DNA of 26,053 bases from Elsinoe ampelina (taxonomy: Eukaryota), in NCBI GenBank assembly GCA_010093995.1, contig ML992511.1:1268172-1294224 (forward strand), given 5' to 3'. Below, piece by piece: positions 1 through 10,754 of the stretch. Below the pieces are notes generated by a model. That model was not told where the DNA came from. It saw nothing but the letters and a program-made list of their open reading frames with translations, and did no database searches. The position numbers and the translations under genes are program-made. Position 1 is the first letter of the stretch; every line of letters starts with the position of its first letter.

Positions 1-61
1 GCAAGATGTAGATCATCGCTACGACCTGCAATGTCGATTGTGAGTTGCTGACACTGGACAG

Positions 62-2669
62 TCGATGCGACGGCGCACAGCCGTGCAGCCAATGTCGGTG
101 GCACCATCAACCCACCACTTGCAGATATGTCACGCCTACACAACGAGTTGTACCATCTCGAGCGTGAGAGTTGAGCTTCCTCCAATTTGGACTGTCGCTG
201 AAGCTGTGTAGATTGGTTGACAGACTGATGGCCAGAAATGCTCAAGTTGAGTCAATATTACAGCGAATCTTCGCCGGCCGCGAGGTTGATTCACTCGTCT
301 CTTTGGATCGTGATGCATTACTGAATGTCGCCCTCGCCTCAAATGGCAACAATCTGGGGACTATACCGCCGCGCCATGTCACGGCATCCGAGTCGGCACA
401 CGATAGCGTCATTGCTGGGTCAGATGGTGAGAATGCTCTTGATGATCTTGAGCAAGCTCCTGATCAGGATCCCGAGGTCGACGAAACTCAAAGACACTTT
501 GACACCAATGTTCAAAGAGTGTCTGATGATGTTAACGGGCTGTCACTGAATGTGGATAAGCAATCATCATACGTCGGAGCCTCGTCTATTCCGGCTGCTC
601 TCAAGGTCATCTTCAGACTTGCTCCTGGTGCTCGAGTGTTTCTTGCTCGGAGTCGACCGATAGAGACTGCGCTTCCTAGTCGAGCTGGAAGCCCACGTCT
701 GGATGAGACCGATGCATATGCGTTGCCGTCCAAAGAAGAAGGTCGTGTGATATTGGAGGCCTTTTTTCTACATGTACATTGTCTCATGCCTGCTGTTAAC
801 GAGCAGCAGGTGTGGCATCTTTGGCACCAAAAGACAAGATGGGATGCTCCATGGCTGGCTCTCCTCAACACTGTCTTTGTCCTCGGATCCATGGCCGCTT
901 ACAGTGCGGAGAATGATGATCATACAATGTACTTTGCCCGAGCCATGCATCATATCAACATCGAGCTTCTGGGTAGTGGCGATCTCATGGTCGTTCAGGC
1001 TCTTGGTCTTCTGGCTGGATACTACTTCCACTACCTCAGCAGACCGAATTTGGCCAACAACCTAATGGGAGCGTGCTTGAGAATGGAGCTTGCACTCGGC
1101 ATGCATCGCGAGTTCTCTCATGATGCTAAACTATCGGATGATGAGTATACAAAGACAGCCGAGCAGAGACGTCAGACCTGGTGGACCATCTACAACCTGG
1201 ATACATGGGCAGGCTTCACAACCGGCCGGCCAACGATGGGTAGATCAGGTCCTGGTGTGACCGTGAAGCCTCCCACTTTTTCCATGGACAGAGTTTGTCA
1301 CCCTGTTTTCTATCATGGACCTTGCTGACCGTGATAGATGAGCTCCGCGATGTATGAACAAGCTTTGAAGATGCTACCGCTAATTCTCAATACTTCATTG
1401 TCCAAGATTGCTACCCGCATTCAGGACAAGATGGCCGTCAATCATGCTCTGACTCACGAAGATGCTCAAGACTTTGATGCCGAAATAGTTGCATGGCAGG
1501 CTGAGCTCCCTTCGATTTTGAAGTTACCAGTACAACGTCAAGGATCAGCAGACAACAAACGTCGGGCGGCATCAACGGAGACCCGGCGAAGGACAGCTTC
1601 TTCCAGTCCATATGATCCACTCCTCTCCCCAATTGTTTCTGGAGATGGGGACTTTGACTCGTCTGAGACGGCAAGCTCACCCTCGCGACCTACCGATAGG
1701 TGTCCGTCCTTCTTACAGACTTCTCGGATTGTCATGCATTACCGGTGGCAGAATTTGAGGATCTTGATTGCTCGTCCAGCAATCCTTTCCGCAGCTCTTC
1801 GTAGAATGCCTTTCTCGAGCCTCAGCCCGCACGAGAAGGTTACCATCAGCAAGTGCAGGGCCGTTGCCGCCCAGACAATCCACGACATCAGTACCATGAC
1901 CAAGGAAGAACTCATTGTAGGCTGGACAGGAACATGGTTCATGTATAATGCGGTCATGGTTCCGCTTGTGTCTCTATTTTCTTCGCTGTCCTTGACCGCT
2001 GCGAATACACGGCATGACCAGATCAGTGCTGGCAACTCACAGCAACCACCTCTCCGATCCCCGCCGGTGGACGAGCCGGAGGCAAATGAGTGGCGAGCAC
2101 AGATCGAAACCGCCATCAAGTTTTTGAAGAAGATGATACCGTGGTGCTCGACCGCGGAGAAGTGTCATGATGTCGTGCGTCGACTGTATGAGGCCAGCGA
2201 GCATTTCTCGGAATACAACAGGATACAAGGCGAACAGCTTGCGGCTCATATACCCTCTGTACCACAATCGCCGGCGACTCATGATCAACGAGAGTTCCAG
2301 TCGTTTGGTCAGCAGCAACAGCAACCGGGTGGAGAGACATTTGCTGCGAACAACACAGGTCATCAGGCTCAGCATCCTCATGGTGGTTTTGTGACTTCGC
2401 TGTCAGGGACCGAATCCAATTTCTCACATGGACAAAACTTTCCCGGCCAGAACGCCGTCGGTGTCGGGCATCCTCACCATGCTGGGTTCGACCACTCGGC
2501 AATCCAGTCGCAGTTTGTCAACGATCACAACTTCTGGACAATGCAGCCTCTTGCCGAAGATGTCTCTTTCGACATTGAACAGTTCTGGCAGGAGATGCAG
2601 TGGGAGTCTGTCCCTGCCTATGGTGGCATGGAGTTTGGCGAGTACAGCGATGTCAACTTTCTCCAATAG
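62..2669 (+). CDS. Zn2Cys6 (GAL4-type) transcription factor with Fungal_trans middle domain; 5' end lies outside the window
   Basis: Spliced model 62-163, 212-1292, 1338-2669. The first visible exon follows a GCTGAC..CAG acceptor and reads RCDGAQPCSQCRWHHQPTTCRY, the last four Cys of the binuclear cluster. Introns 164-211 (GTGAGA..TAG) and 1293-1337 (GTTTGT..GCTGAC..TAG) join in frame. Fungal_trans motif RRQTWWTIYNLDTWAGFTTGRP; Gln-rich/acidic C-terminus. Confidence 0.93.
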
Positions 2670-3244
2670 CGGCTTCACTGCACGTGGAATGTATACCGTA
2701 GTATCATGATGTGTCGACGCATGACTAGGTGCATCTTCACGGATGCCACGGGCGGAGGAGAGCGGGACAGATTGTCTGGTCGCGAGAGACTGCCATCCAG
2801 TAAGGAGGATGGCTGCCGGTCGTCGAGACAACAAGGTCACGCCCGACGGGCAGCTACTACAGCGAATACTTCCTGCACACCTATCCAGGATAGTGGCTTT
2901 GATCGGGACGCATTCAACACTTTGTCCTACCAGACCTGGACGCTTTCATCACTCTGGAAAAACAACGGACATTGACAGGTTCTTGATGGATTCAGTTACC
3001 TGACCAAGAATCAATGGCACTTCCGACTCCCTGATTGGCATACCAAGTACTGCTTCTGCAATAGATCCTGGCCTGTCTCAAGATTCGAAAGAGGACTTCA
3101 ATTTGCCACGCATGCTCTCGTCTTTTTTTTTGAATCAACCATGTCTGCGCCTTGCAAACTGCCGGAAGCACACCACAAGCAAATTTTCGACTCGGACATG
3201 CTCACGATCGATGCCGTGACTGGATAAAAGGGAGCACGAGTGTT

Positions 3245-4343
3245 TCATTTCATGCCTGGATGTCTGAGTCTTGCGGCTTGCACCTTTGTGCATAGAGCGA
3301 GGATCTGCAAATAGTTGTAGTAGTCCTTCTTGCCGATCATGAACGGATTCGCAGAATTAACTTCGGCATGCTTCAGCAGATCCGAATTGAACAAGGCGTG
3401 GTCAGCTATTTGGTGGTTGGAGATGAGAGTATCGACACCCCTGGCTTTGGCAGCATCGGCCAACTTGTAGTGCGAGCGGACCCTGGCAGCCTTGTCACTA
3501 GGACTCCGAGGGATGCTAGTGCCACCATTCAGCCCAGCAACTTGCCGCTCGGTGCCATTCTTGGCAGTCAGAGGGAAGATGAGCGATAGACATCCAGGCG
3601 TGTGTCCAGGAGTAAGGACAACTTGAAACCAGGTCTTGCCGAAACGGAGGACCTCTTGTCTTCAACAGTCTGATCTCGGGAGGGCGGGATGACTGTAGTG
3701 TCCGTGTAGGTGGCCATCTCTTTCCAAGCGATATCAGAGACATATATCTTACTACCAAACGTCTCATGGAGATACTTTGCTCCGCAGTATGGTCGAGGTG
3801 CTCATGCGTGATGATCACGTGCTTGACGTCGGCACCGGAGAAGCCGAACTTGGAGAGCGCTGGCAGCATGACCTCCTGGATCTCATCCGCAAAGTCTAAT
3901 GCATCAGTCACAACCAGTCCATCACCAGTATTGTACGCCCAGAACGAGACGAAGTCTTGACCAACGAAGAACAAGTCGTCGAACGGGGAGAATGGAATGA
4001 CAAAGCCAGCTGGTTGAGTGAATAATGCCGGGAATAGTTGCTGCGTGATACGTTGGTCTTGGAAATACTGGTGAATCTGCCAGCTGGTGCTCAAGGCCAG
4101 TGCCTGGTTCAAGAACTTGGTGACATTCGACTTTTGTTCGTTGGGGAGCTGCGTGGCGTTGTAGAACACTGAGACTGGAGTTGGAAGACCCGGGAGGGCG
4201 GCCAGTGTCTCGGACAATGGCTGGCCAGCTTGCGACGTCGGAGTAGAGCTAATTTGTACAGCTGCTCTCTCACCCCGAAGATCGGGACATGCTAGAGAGT
4301 AGGCGATGGCACCAAGACCGTACAAGAGTTGTGTCAACTCCAT
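3245..4343 (-). pseudogene. Secreted metallo-beta-lactamase-fold hydrolase (subclass B3-like), two frameshifts
   Basis: Signal-peptide-like start MELTQLLYGLGAIAYSLA and HxHxDH motif (THEHLDH). After a 1-nt loss near 3788 the frame reads CGAKYLHETFGSKIYVSDIAW. After a second 1-nt loss near 3656 it reads EVLRFGKTWFQVVLTPGHTPGCLSLIFP...TLISNH. No introns seen. Confidence 0.85.
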
Positions 4344-4953
4344 CACGATAGCTTGTGCTGTTGGAAACACAGCCGAATACTACCAGCAACGTTGCGACTG
4401 CGCATGATATAAGCTTCGAAACAAACTTGGTGGCGAAAGCTTCCGCACATACATCAATTTGCTTGCGTACACTGGACCAGGAGAGTCAGATGGTGCTTTG
4501 CAATCCCCTGCAGAATTGGTCAGACCAGGCAGATCAGAAGCCATGTTCCATCCATGTTTGCGAATTGTACGGCATACAATACGAGTACCAGCTAGCTCTC
4601 TATTAGTGGGAGCCCTCTTCGGTTGATCCTTCGTCCGTTCGGCTGCCGACTTCGAGTCTTGTGTGGGCATAATCGACCTCGGACATGGAACAGACCGTCG
4701 CATTTGTCATTCTTCAATCACAGTGACCACTAGGCAATGGGATACGAGAAGTGCTGGGTCTTTCCACGCTGCACGCTGACGATTGGGCCTACAATAGATC
4801 TTCTCGAATCACAAACGCAGACAAGAATTTGGAAATTACGAGCAGGAGATCGCCACGATTCAAGCGGACTCGCGAACATCCACAATCGTCGCATACTGCT
4901 TGCATGTATCATTTCCATTCTCTCTTCTCTGGCCGACCGTCATTTCAAAGCGA

Positions 4954-6127
4954 TCATGGCCTCCATCGGAATGAGGGATGCTTCCAGTCCAGATCCTGCA
5001 CCTCCTGCATGGTCATTCCAGTGACCTTCTCCTCAGCCTCCGGTCCACTAACTCGATCCCGTTTCTTGCTATCTGCTTTCATGGAGAACAACATTACAGT
5101 CCCGATGACCATGATGACGGCACAACAAGCGATATTGATGCCGTTTCTGATGTGGTATCCCGCGGCGTCCGTGGCAAGATGAGTCCAAGTGGTGTTCAGT
5201 CCGCCGACGTTGCCGAACATCACTAGGAGGGCGGTCAGTACAGACAGAGAATGGTGGAGAATACCACTTACCATTGGTTTCCATGGCGATCGCTCGCGAT
5301 GTGTCGGAGATGACATTTGCGCTGACATTTGCGTTTGCAATGGAGCCAAGAGTAAATGCCGAGCTGCACTTGATGAAGATAGCTCCATAGCGAGCTTGAG
5401 CGCTCATGGTTCCCAGAAATACTGCATAGCCGATCAAGACTGTAGGTGCGGCAAGGATGAGGAAGATCTGTCCTCGATCGATCCGCCAGCTGACTATAAA
5501 GACGAACAAGACGAAGAATGTGCCGATGATGTATGGTGGTGCAGTCAGAAGATGCTGTTGAATGGTGGTCCTACCAGGATAGACTGTCCTGACAATGGTT
5601 GGCAGGAAGAAAGAAATTCTTAGCACTTTGACGTTGTTAAGAAGGAAGAGCGATACGGTGCCCATTGTGATCGGGCTCAACATGCCTTTCTTCAACTTCT
5701 GGATGTTCATCTTGTCGACAACAGAAGTCACGGCTAAGCGCTCAGACTTGATACGGTTGATGGCTGTTGTTTTCTCCTCTGCCATAAAACCAGCAAGGCG
5801 GGCGTTGCCTGTGACGGAATTAGCAGCCGTCTATACTGACATTTGGCATACGAGTTGACTTGCCAATGTTTGAACAATCAATGAAGCAGAAGAGATGGAG
5901 GAGGGCGACGGTCGACACAACGTAGAAGTCGATCTTGGTGCGCAACCTGCGTTACTCCTTGGGATCGTACTGGATCAAAGGGTTGTTGAATCTAGAGGAG
6001 TGTCAGACAGGGGTCATAACTCAGAAATTGCCAAAGCTCACTCGTCGGTAGCGACGTGACCTTCGCAGGCAATTTCTTCGAGAGTGTCGACATGTTGTGC
6101 CTTGTTCAAGGCTTCTTTCTGGTCCAT
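4954..6127 (-). pseudogene. MFS transporter (anion:cation symporter/allantoate permease-like) pseudogene
   Basis: Exons 6127-6042, 5991-5864, 5808-5272, 5222-4954; the second intron is GC-AG (GCAAGT donor). Motif RLRTKIDFYVV...FCFIDCSNIGNARLAG and C-terminal DLDWKHPSFRW. In-frame TAA at 5952-5954. GNARLAGF runs straight into the central-loop sequence EEKTTAINRIKSE, implying loss of most of the N-terminal TM bundle. Confidence 0.88.
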
Positions 6128-6277
6128 GATGGTCTGGTGGCGACGAGACTGGTGAGTTTGGAGACGACTTCTTCTATCAGATATGGGGTAATCAATGATT
6201 CCATGATCACGCCTGATGCATATCGGATATATCTCATAGTCCGATCTGTTGTCCCTCTCTGCTTCCCAACCGTCATC

Positions 6278-7220
6278 ACGTCTCCATCGGCGGTCGAGTT
6301 CGCCCATCCTGCACCCAAGGATTCCGTTGATGTCAAACAACAGTATCGAAGTGGCAATCCAAGTCTGGCGTATCAAGATGAAGAAGCCGAGACAGCACCA
6401 ACATTCGAGGACAAATATGATGGAAGAGCATACCTTGAACACCGACTCACCTTGGCTTTCCGAGTCTTTGCTGAGTTTGGATTGGGGGAAGGGTGTTGCT
6501 GGCCATATCACTGTGAGGGATCTTGTAGATGACGAGAGCTTCTGGTAAACCCGTTTGGTAAGCGGCAAGAATCGAAATGAGGTCCTGGACTGACCATGCC
6601 AGGCATGCACTTTTCCCTGATCCGCGACGAGGACCTCATACGCGTTGACCACCAAGGCAAAGTGCTCAAAGGTGGGAAGAACAAACGACTGAACTATGGT
6701 ATCACCAGATCCAAGATGGTTCCTCATTCGATGATGCTGACATACCTATGCAGCCGTCTTTGCAATACACACAGAGATCCACAAAGCATGACCTGATGTA
6801 GTCTGTGCTGCACACTCGCACATTATGTATGAAAGAGCCATGTGTGCCACTGGACGTACATTGGACATGCTTACCCAGGACTTCTGCGTCTTTTACAAAG
6901 ACCATGTCTTGGACGAAGAATTTGCGGGTCTGGTTCTGGACGCTAGCGAGGGACAACGTATAGCTGCTTCTCTCGGCTCTGGGAAGTCAGCCCTGCTTGC
7001 CAATCATGGTATCATGACGGCAGGCCCGACAATTGAAGCTATCGTTGCATGGTATGCGCTTTTCGAGAAGTGCTGTCAGATCCAACCGCTGGCGGATGCG
7101 AGCTCGGCTGGCAGTGGCAAGCCATTGGCCAAGATCGGTGAGGCAGAAGCACGTTTTCAAGTCGCTGGGCGACAATTCGGGGAGAGGAGCTATTTGGGGA
7201 AAGGGTTTCAAGCGTTGTAA
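6278..7220 (+). pseudogene. Class II aldolase/adducin-family pseudogene
   Basis: Motifs LAFRVFAEFG.GEGVAGHITVRD, FWVNPFGMHFS, AIHTEIHKA.PDVVCAAHSH and LLANHGIMTAG. Introns 6558-6602 and 6699-6753. Lesions: frameshifts near 6490 and 6545, in-frame TGA at 6789-6791 (likely from CGA), and a probable start codon that reads ACG at 6278. Confidence 0.9.
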
Positions 7221-7337
7221 GTCATGAACGTCTTGATCTCGCAGTATGTACTTCAGGGTAAGACACGGCGGCTGTGAACGGAATTATATTACAGGTGTAT
7301 CATCACGGAGTTCTCTGACTACTGCGACCGCAAACAA

Positions 7338-8562
7338 CTACCTCTTGCGCGGCACGCTGACCGATTTGGCTCTCTCGAATGAGGCCATCGCCTTGTCCCA
7401 GGCGGAGGGGGAGGGGGAGCCTACTACTGTCAGCACATCATCACACGAGCTCTGAGCTCCAGGCTTACGGGATCTCTCGACGGAGGGGACAACGACCGCA
7501 GCGGGCGGGGCAGGGACGGGCGCTATATACGTCAGCATTGTGGCCTGGTGGGAGCTTGGGGAATCGCTCACGGAGACGGCTGCGCAGCGGCAAAACGTCT
7601 GTTCGGGGCTCGGCGCCACCGAAGCGGGGGAGGGAAGGAGGGGCGTCGGGGAGAGTCGAGGGCTCGCGGGGGTCGGCGCGGCCAGGAGGAGGAGGAGGAG
7701 GAGGAGGGAGGGCGGGAGGAGCGGGAGGAGCGGGAGGTGCCTGGGGACCAGCCCCGGCCAGGATCTCTTCTGCAGAATCCGTCAATAACTAGCAGGGAGG
7801 TACAATTAGGAATGAGACTGACCGCCGGCAGCAACTGCGACATGTCAGAAATGTTAGAACCTGAAGGACAGTCTACTCACCGAGAGCAGCTTGCTCGGTC
7901 TCGGTCAGCCCAGGGCGCTGATCCCCCTGGGCTCCTTTCTTGACGCCCGCATTGTTCTTGGGCTTGCGGTTCCTCTTCCTCTTCCTGCCATCTTTGAACT
8001 GAAAGGGTCAGCTGCATTCCTTCGGTCGAATAGCCTGTCCTACCAGGGGACAATGTTGGACAAGATGTCCAACAACGCGGCAACGAGTGCAGAAGTGCCT
8101 TGGTGGTTTTGGCGGGCCACCACCCCCACCAAACCTTCCGGAGCCGAAGTTTTTCTCGATGACCTGTACACCTGTCAGCGACCATGTCTCGACACCATGC
8201 TTGTCTGCGATCCATCTCTCTTGTGATCTGGTAGGATCTCTCGGGTGAGAAATTCTGTATGGCAGATCCTGGGTGAGTGATGTTGGGTTGGCTGCCGGGT
8301 GAGGAATTGGGTCTTGGGGATTCTTACATTGACGGTGACGCCGGGAGCGTGAATATGAACAGGCACTATATAAGAGTCAGCTATCCAACCTCCTGCTGTG
8401 GACGACTGAAGAATGTGTTATGCGAGTGCGGCAATGTGAAGAAATGGGAGCTGTCGTTCTTGCAAGCACAATGAAGTGCCAGCAAGACGAGGTTGTGGAT
8501 GATGTGGTTGTGGATGATGTTGAATGGGTGTCGAGCAGGAATCAGGAGAGGTTGTACTCACT
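7338..8562 (-). CDS. 8-exon orphan protein (~242 aa) with CCHC zinc knuckle, basic NLS-like stretch and poly-Pro region
   Basis: Exons 8562, 8365-8328, 8268-8044, 7998-7881, 7834-7823, 7769-7572, 7522-7469, 7420-7338 total 729 nt with no internal stop. All introns are GT..AG, six are 45-59 nt, and most have CTGAC/CTAAC-type branch sites. The product contains CTRCRVVGHLVQHC (C-x2-C-x4-H-x4-C), RKRKRNRKPK and PPPPPPPP. An alternative in-frame ATG lies at 8613. Confidence 0.78.
7684..7707. repeat. (AGG)8 microsatellite encoding poly-Pro on the minus strand
   Basis: Read directly from the sequence; lies in exon 6 of the zinc-knuckle gene. Confidence 0.9.
8491..8520. repeat. Perfect 15-bp tandem duplication (GGTTGTGGATGATGT)x2
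   Basis: Read directly from the sequence; lies inside the predicted first intron of the zinc-knuckle gene. Confidence 0.9.
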
Positions 8563-9937
8563 TGTGATGGTTTTGGTTGTCGGAAGGAGAAGGGGTGAAG
8601 CTGGAAAGGACATGGCAATATTGAACGACCAAGACGCACGGACCCGCGAGGCGGCAGCGACAATGATCGCAGCTGGTGGCTGGAAAGAGTATCACATGTG
8701 TTCCTATAGATGCGTTGGGGACCTTGATTGCTGCCAATCTCCAAGAGCCACACCAGTAAAGCCATCGACCGATTTTGAATTACCCACCACCATCGATTGC
8801 GCCGTTCGGCAAGGGCTTCCCAGCAGACTAATATTGACATCCGAATTCACGTATTGAGCTCAACCGACCTGCTAGACACATCCCACACGCAAGAGTGTTG
8901 TGGAGTAGAATCGATATCCTGGTCCAGTGTTGCGTCTCCAGGCTCGGAACCAGACTCTGTCGAGGCGTGCTTGAGCAAGGAGACCGCTGTGGACAACGAA
9001 GATGATACTGGAGGAAATGGATACTCGCAGGCCGACATAGTGGCAGATCCATAGCGATGTATGCATCTTGTACGAAGGGCAGGCTGATCGACCAGTGGTG
9101 CTTCCGCCGACCTCTGCTGACTTCCTGACATGATGAATCTGGGTACGGAGCTGGTCAAGTTTCCAACCCATCTCGAGCATGTCGAACACCATTATGCACA
9201 AGCATTGTCAGCTCTGACAAGATGTGTTCCCCCAAAACCAGCACCCACCCCTTCGCAACCAACCCCTCAACCGACACCATCCTCTCATACCTCACCAACC
9301 ACTTCATCCCCGCATCCTGGCTCCAGTCGTGCCGCGTCCAGTCATGGAGTCAGGAATGCGGGACAGTTGCGAGCGCCATGGTGAGAACGGAGTTGTAGTT
9401 GCCACCTCAGACAGCAGCTTTCCCTGAGCCGTCGTTGTGGTTGTATTGGGCAATGTTGTAGGCCGTTAAGCAGCTTTCCAACACCACCTCTCTCGCGTGC
9501 TGGTCCATACTCATGCTCTTTGTGACTTGCGCCACCCGGGAATACAGTCAAAGATGGTGTCGCAGAAGTAGCGGTCAGCCATTGCCCAACAAGTCGTCCA
9601 GAGCGGTCGGAGTGGACGAGCCAAAGGGAGATGTGCTGAGCGAAGGTTGGTATCGTGGCACCCAAGTGCTGCTTGTTCGTGCTATGGGCATTGGTGCAAG
9701 GGAAGCTTGAGGTAGTGTAGTAGATGCTGGTGCCTCGAATCAAAAAGTTGACCCAAACGGCGCTTTGAATAGCAGTCGGGCCAAGGGGATGATGCACCCA
9801 GCGCCAAGCAATGACTGCCGAAATTGTGGGAAATTCACACTTGGACGCGAACAACAAAAAAACGAACAAACCACAACCCAATTACAGTACCATCACCCTC
9901 CCCGTGCAATAGGCGCTCGAAACTTCGACTTCCGACA

Positions 9938-10269
9938 ATGACTGTCAACGACTATTTCAAACAGCGCCAAGTCTTTAATACGCTCCCTGGCCGATGATAC
10001 AATCAAGACGCCCCCTGAATTGAGGCGCCAGGCTCCTCAAAACCTGGGAAACATGCAGAGGCGGAATCGCAAAAGATTACGGAATGAGGCAGAACTTCGC
10101 CATACTGTACGATGCCATCCCGCCGCCGCTCAGGTCGTTACCTATACCAGTGACGGTCGAGCAAGCGAACCGAATGAACGACCACGTCAAATGCTCCGAT
10201 GGTAGCAACCCTCACATGGCAGACATCCACCAGGTCACGAACATACTCTTTGTTGGAGAGTATGAGTAA
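9938..10269 (+). pseudogene. Possible degraded bHLH transcription factor
   Basis: Restoring one base near 10083 gives HAEAESQKITEMRQNFAILYDAIP, which matches the bHLH basic/helix-1 spacing H-x3-E-x10-F-x2-L-x3-IP. There are upstream in-frame stops at 9995 and 10016. Confidence 0.3.
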
Positions 10270-10754
10270 GCAATTGCGACAGAATCATCGACGACGAGAC
10301 TGGCCTGACGGCAAGTGGTGGTTCACGCATGGCGGCCGATGCGCCCTCTTTTGAGCATGTAGATTGATTTTCCACTTGTGGACAATCGTCCCGTCCGACA
10401 TACAATAGCGCTTTACCTACCTATTCAGACAGACAATGGGCCCGTCTCTTTGCATATGCTGCGCCGCACTTCATCATCGGCTTCCGGTAAGACAAACTCC
10501 GTGCTCTGTGTTGAGGATCCATGCGGTCTCGCGAACAATGGGCTATTGTCCAAATGGTGCTCTCAACTTCCATTGTTTGATTGGACCGAATGTCCGATTC
10601 ACAGTTTCTGACAATGGCTGGATCTGTCAATGGTCGGGTCTAACAATTGTTGAATCTATCAATGGTAGGATCTATCAAGAGACACAGTACTTAACACTTG
10701 TTTCTCGCTGCTTGTGTCCCAGAACTTCATAACCATTGACTCAAGAACATCACC

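Noticed and set aside
6038..6727. 229-aa minus-strand ORF
   Set aside because: Only its last 29 codons are the MFS first exon; the rest is antisense to the aldolase pseudogene.
8164..8204. Apparent extra intron in the zinc-knuckle gene (GCTGAC..CAG acceptor at 8164)
   Set aside because: No convincing GT/GC donor at a suitable distance, and the frame reads through openly.
7379..8226. Overlapping GC-rich ORFs on both strands (poly-Glu, poly-Gly, poly-Arg products)
   Set aside because: They are shadows or unspliced fragments of the minus-strand zinc-knuckle gene and its (AGG)n tract.
8650..9900. Several short ORFs and scattered splice-like signals
   Set aside because: I could not build a phase-consistent gene model or recognise any domain.
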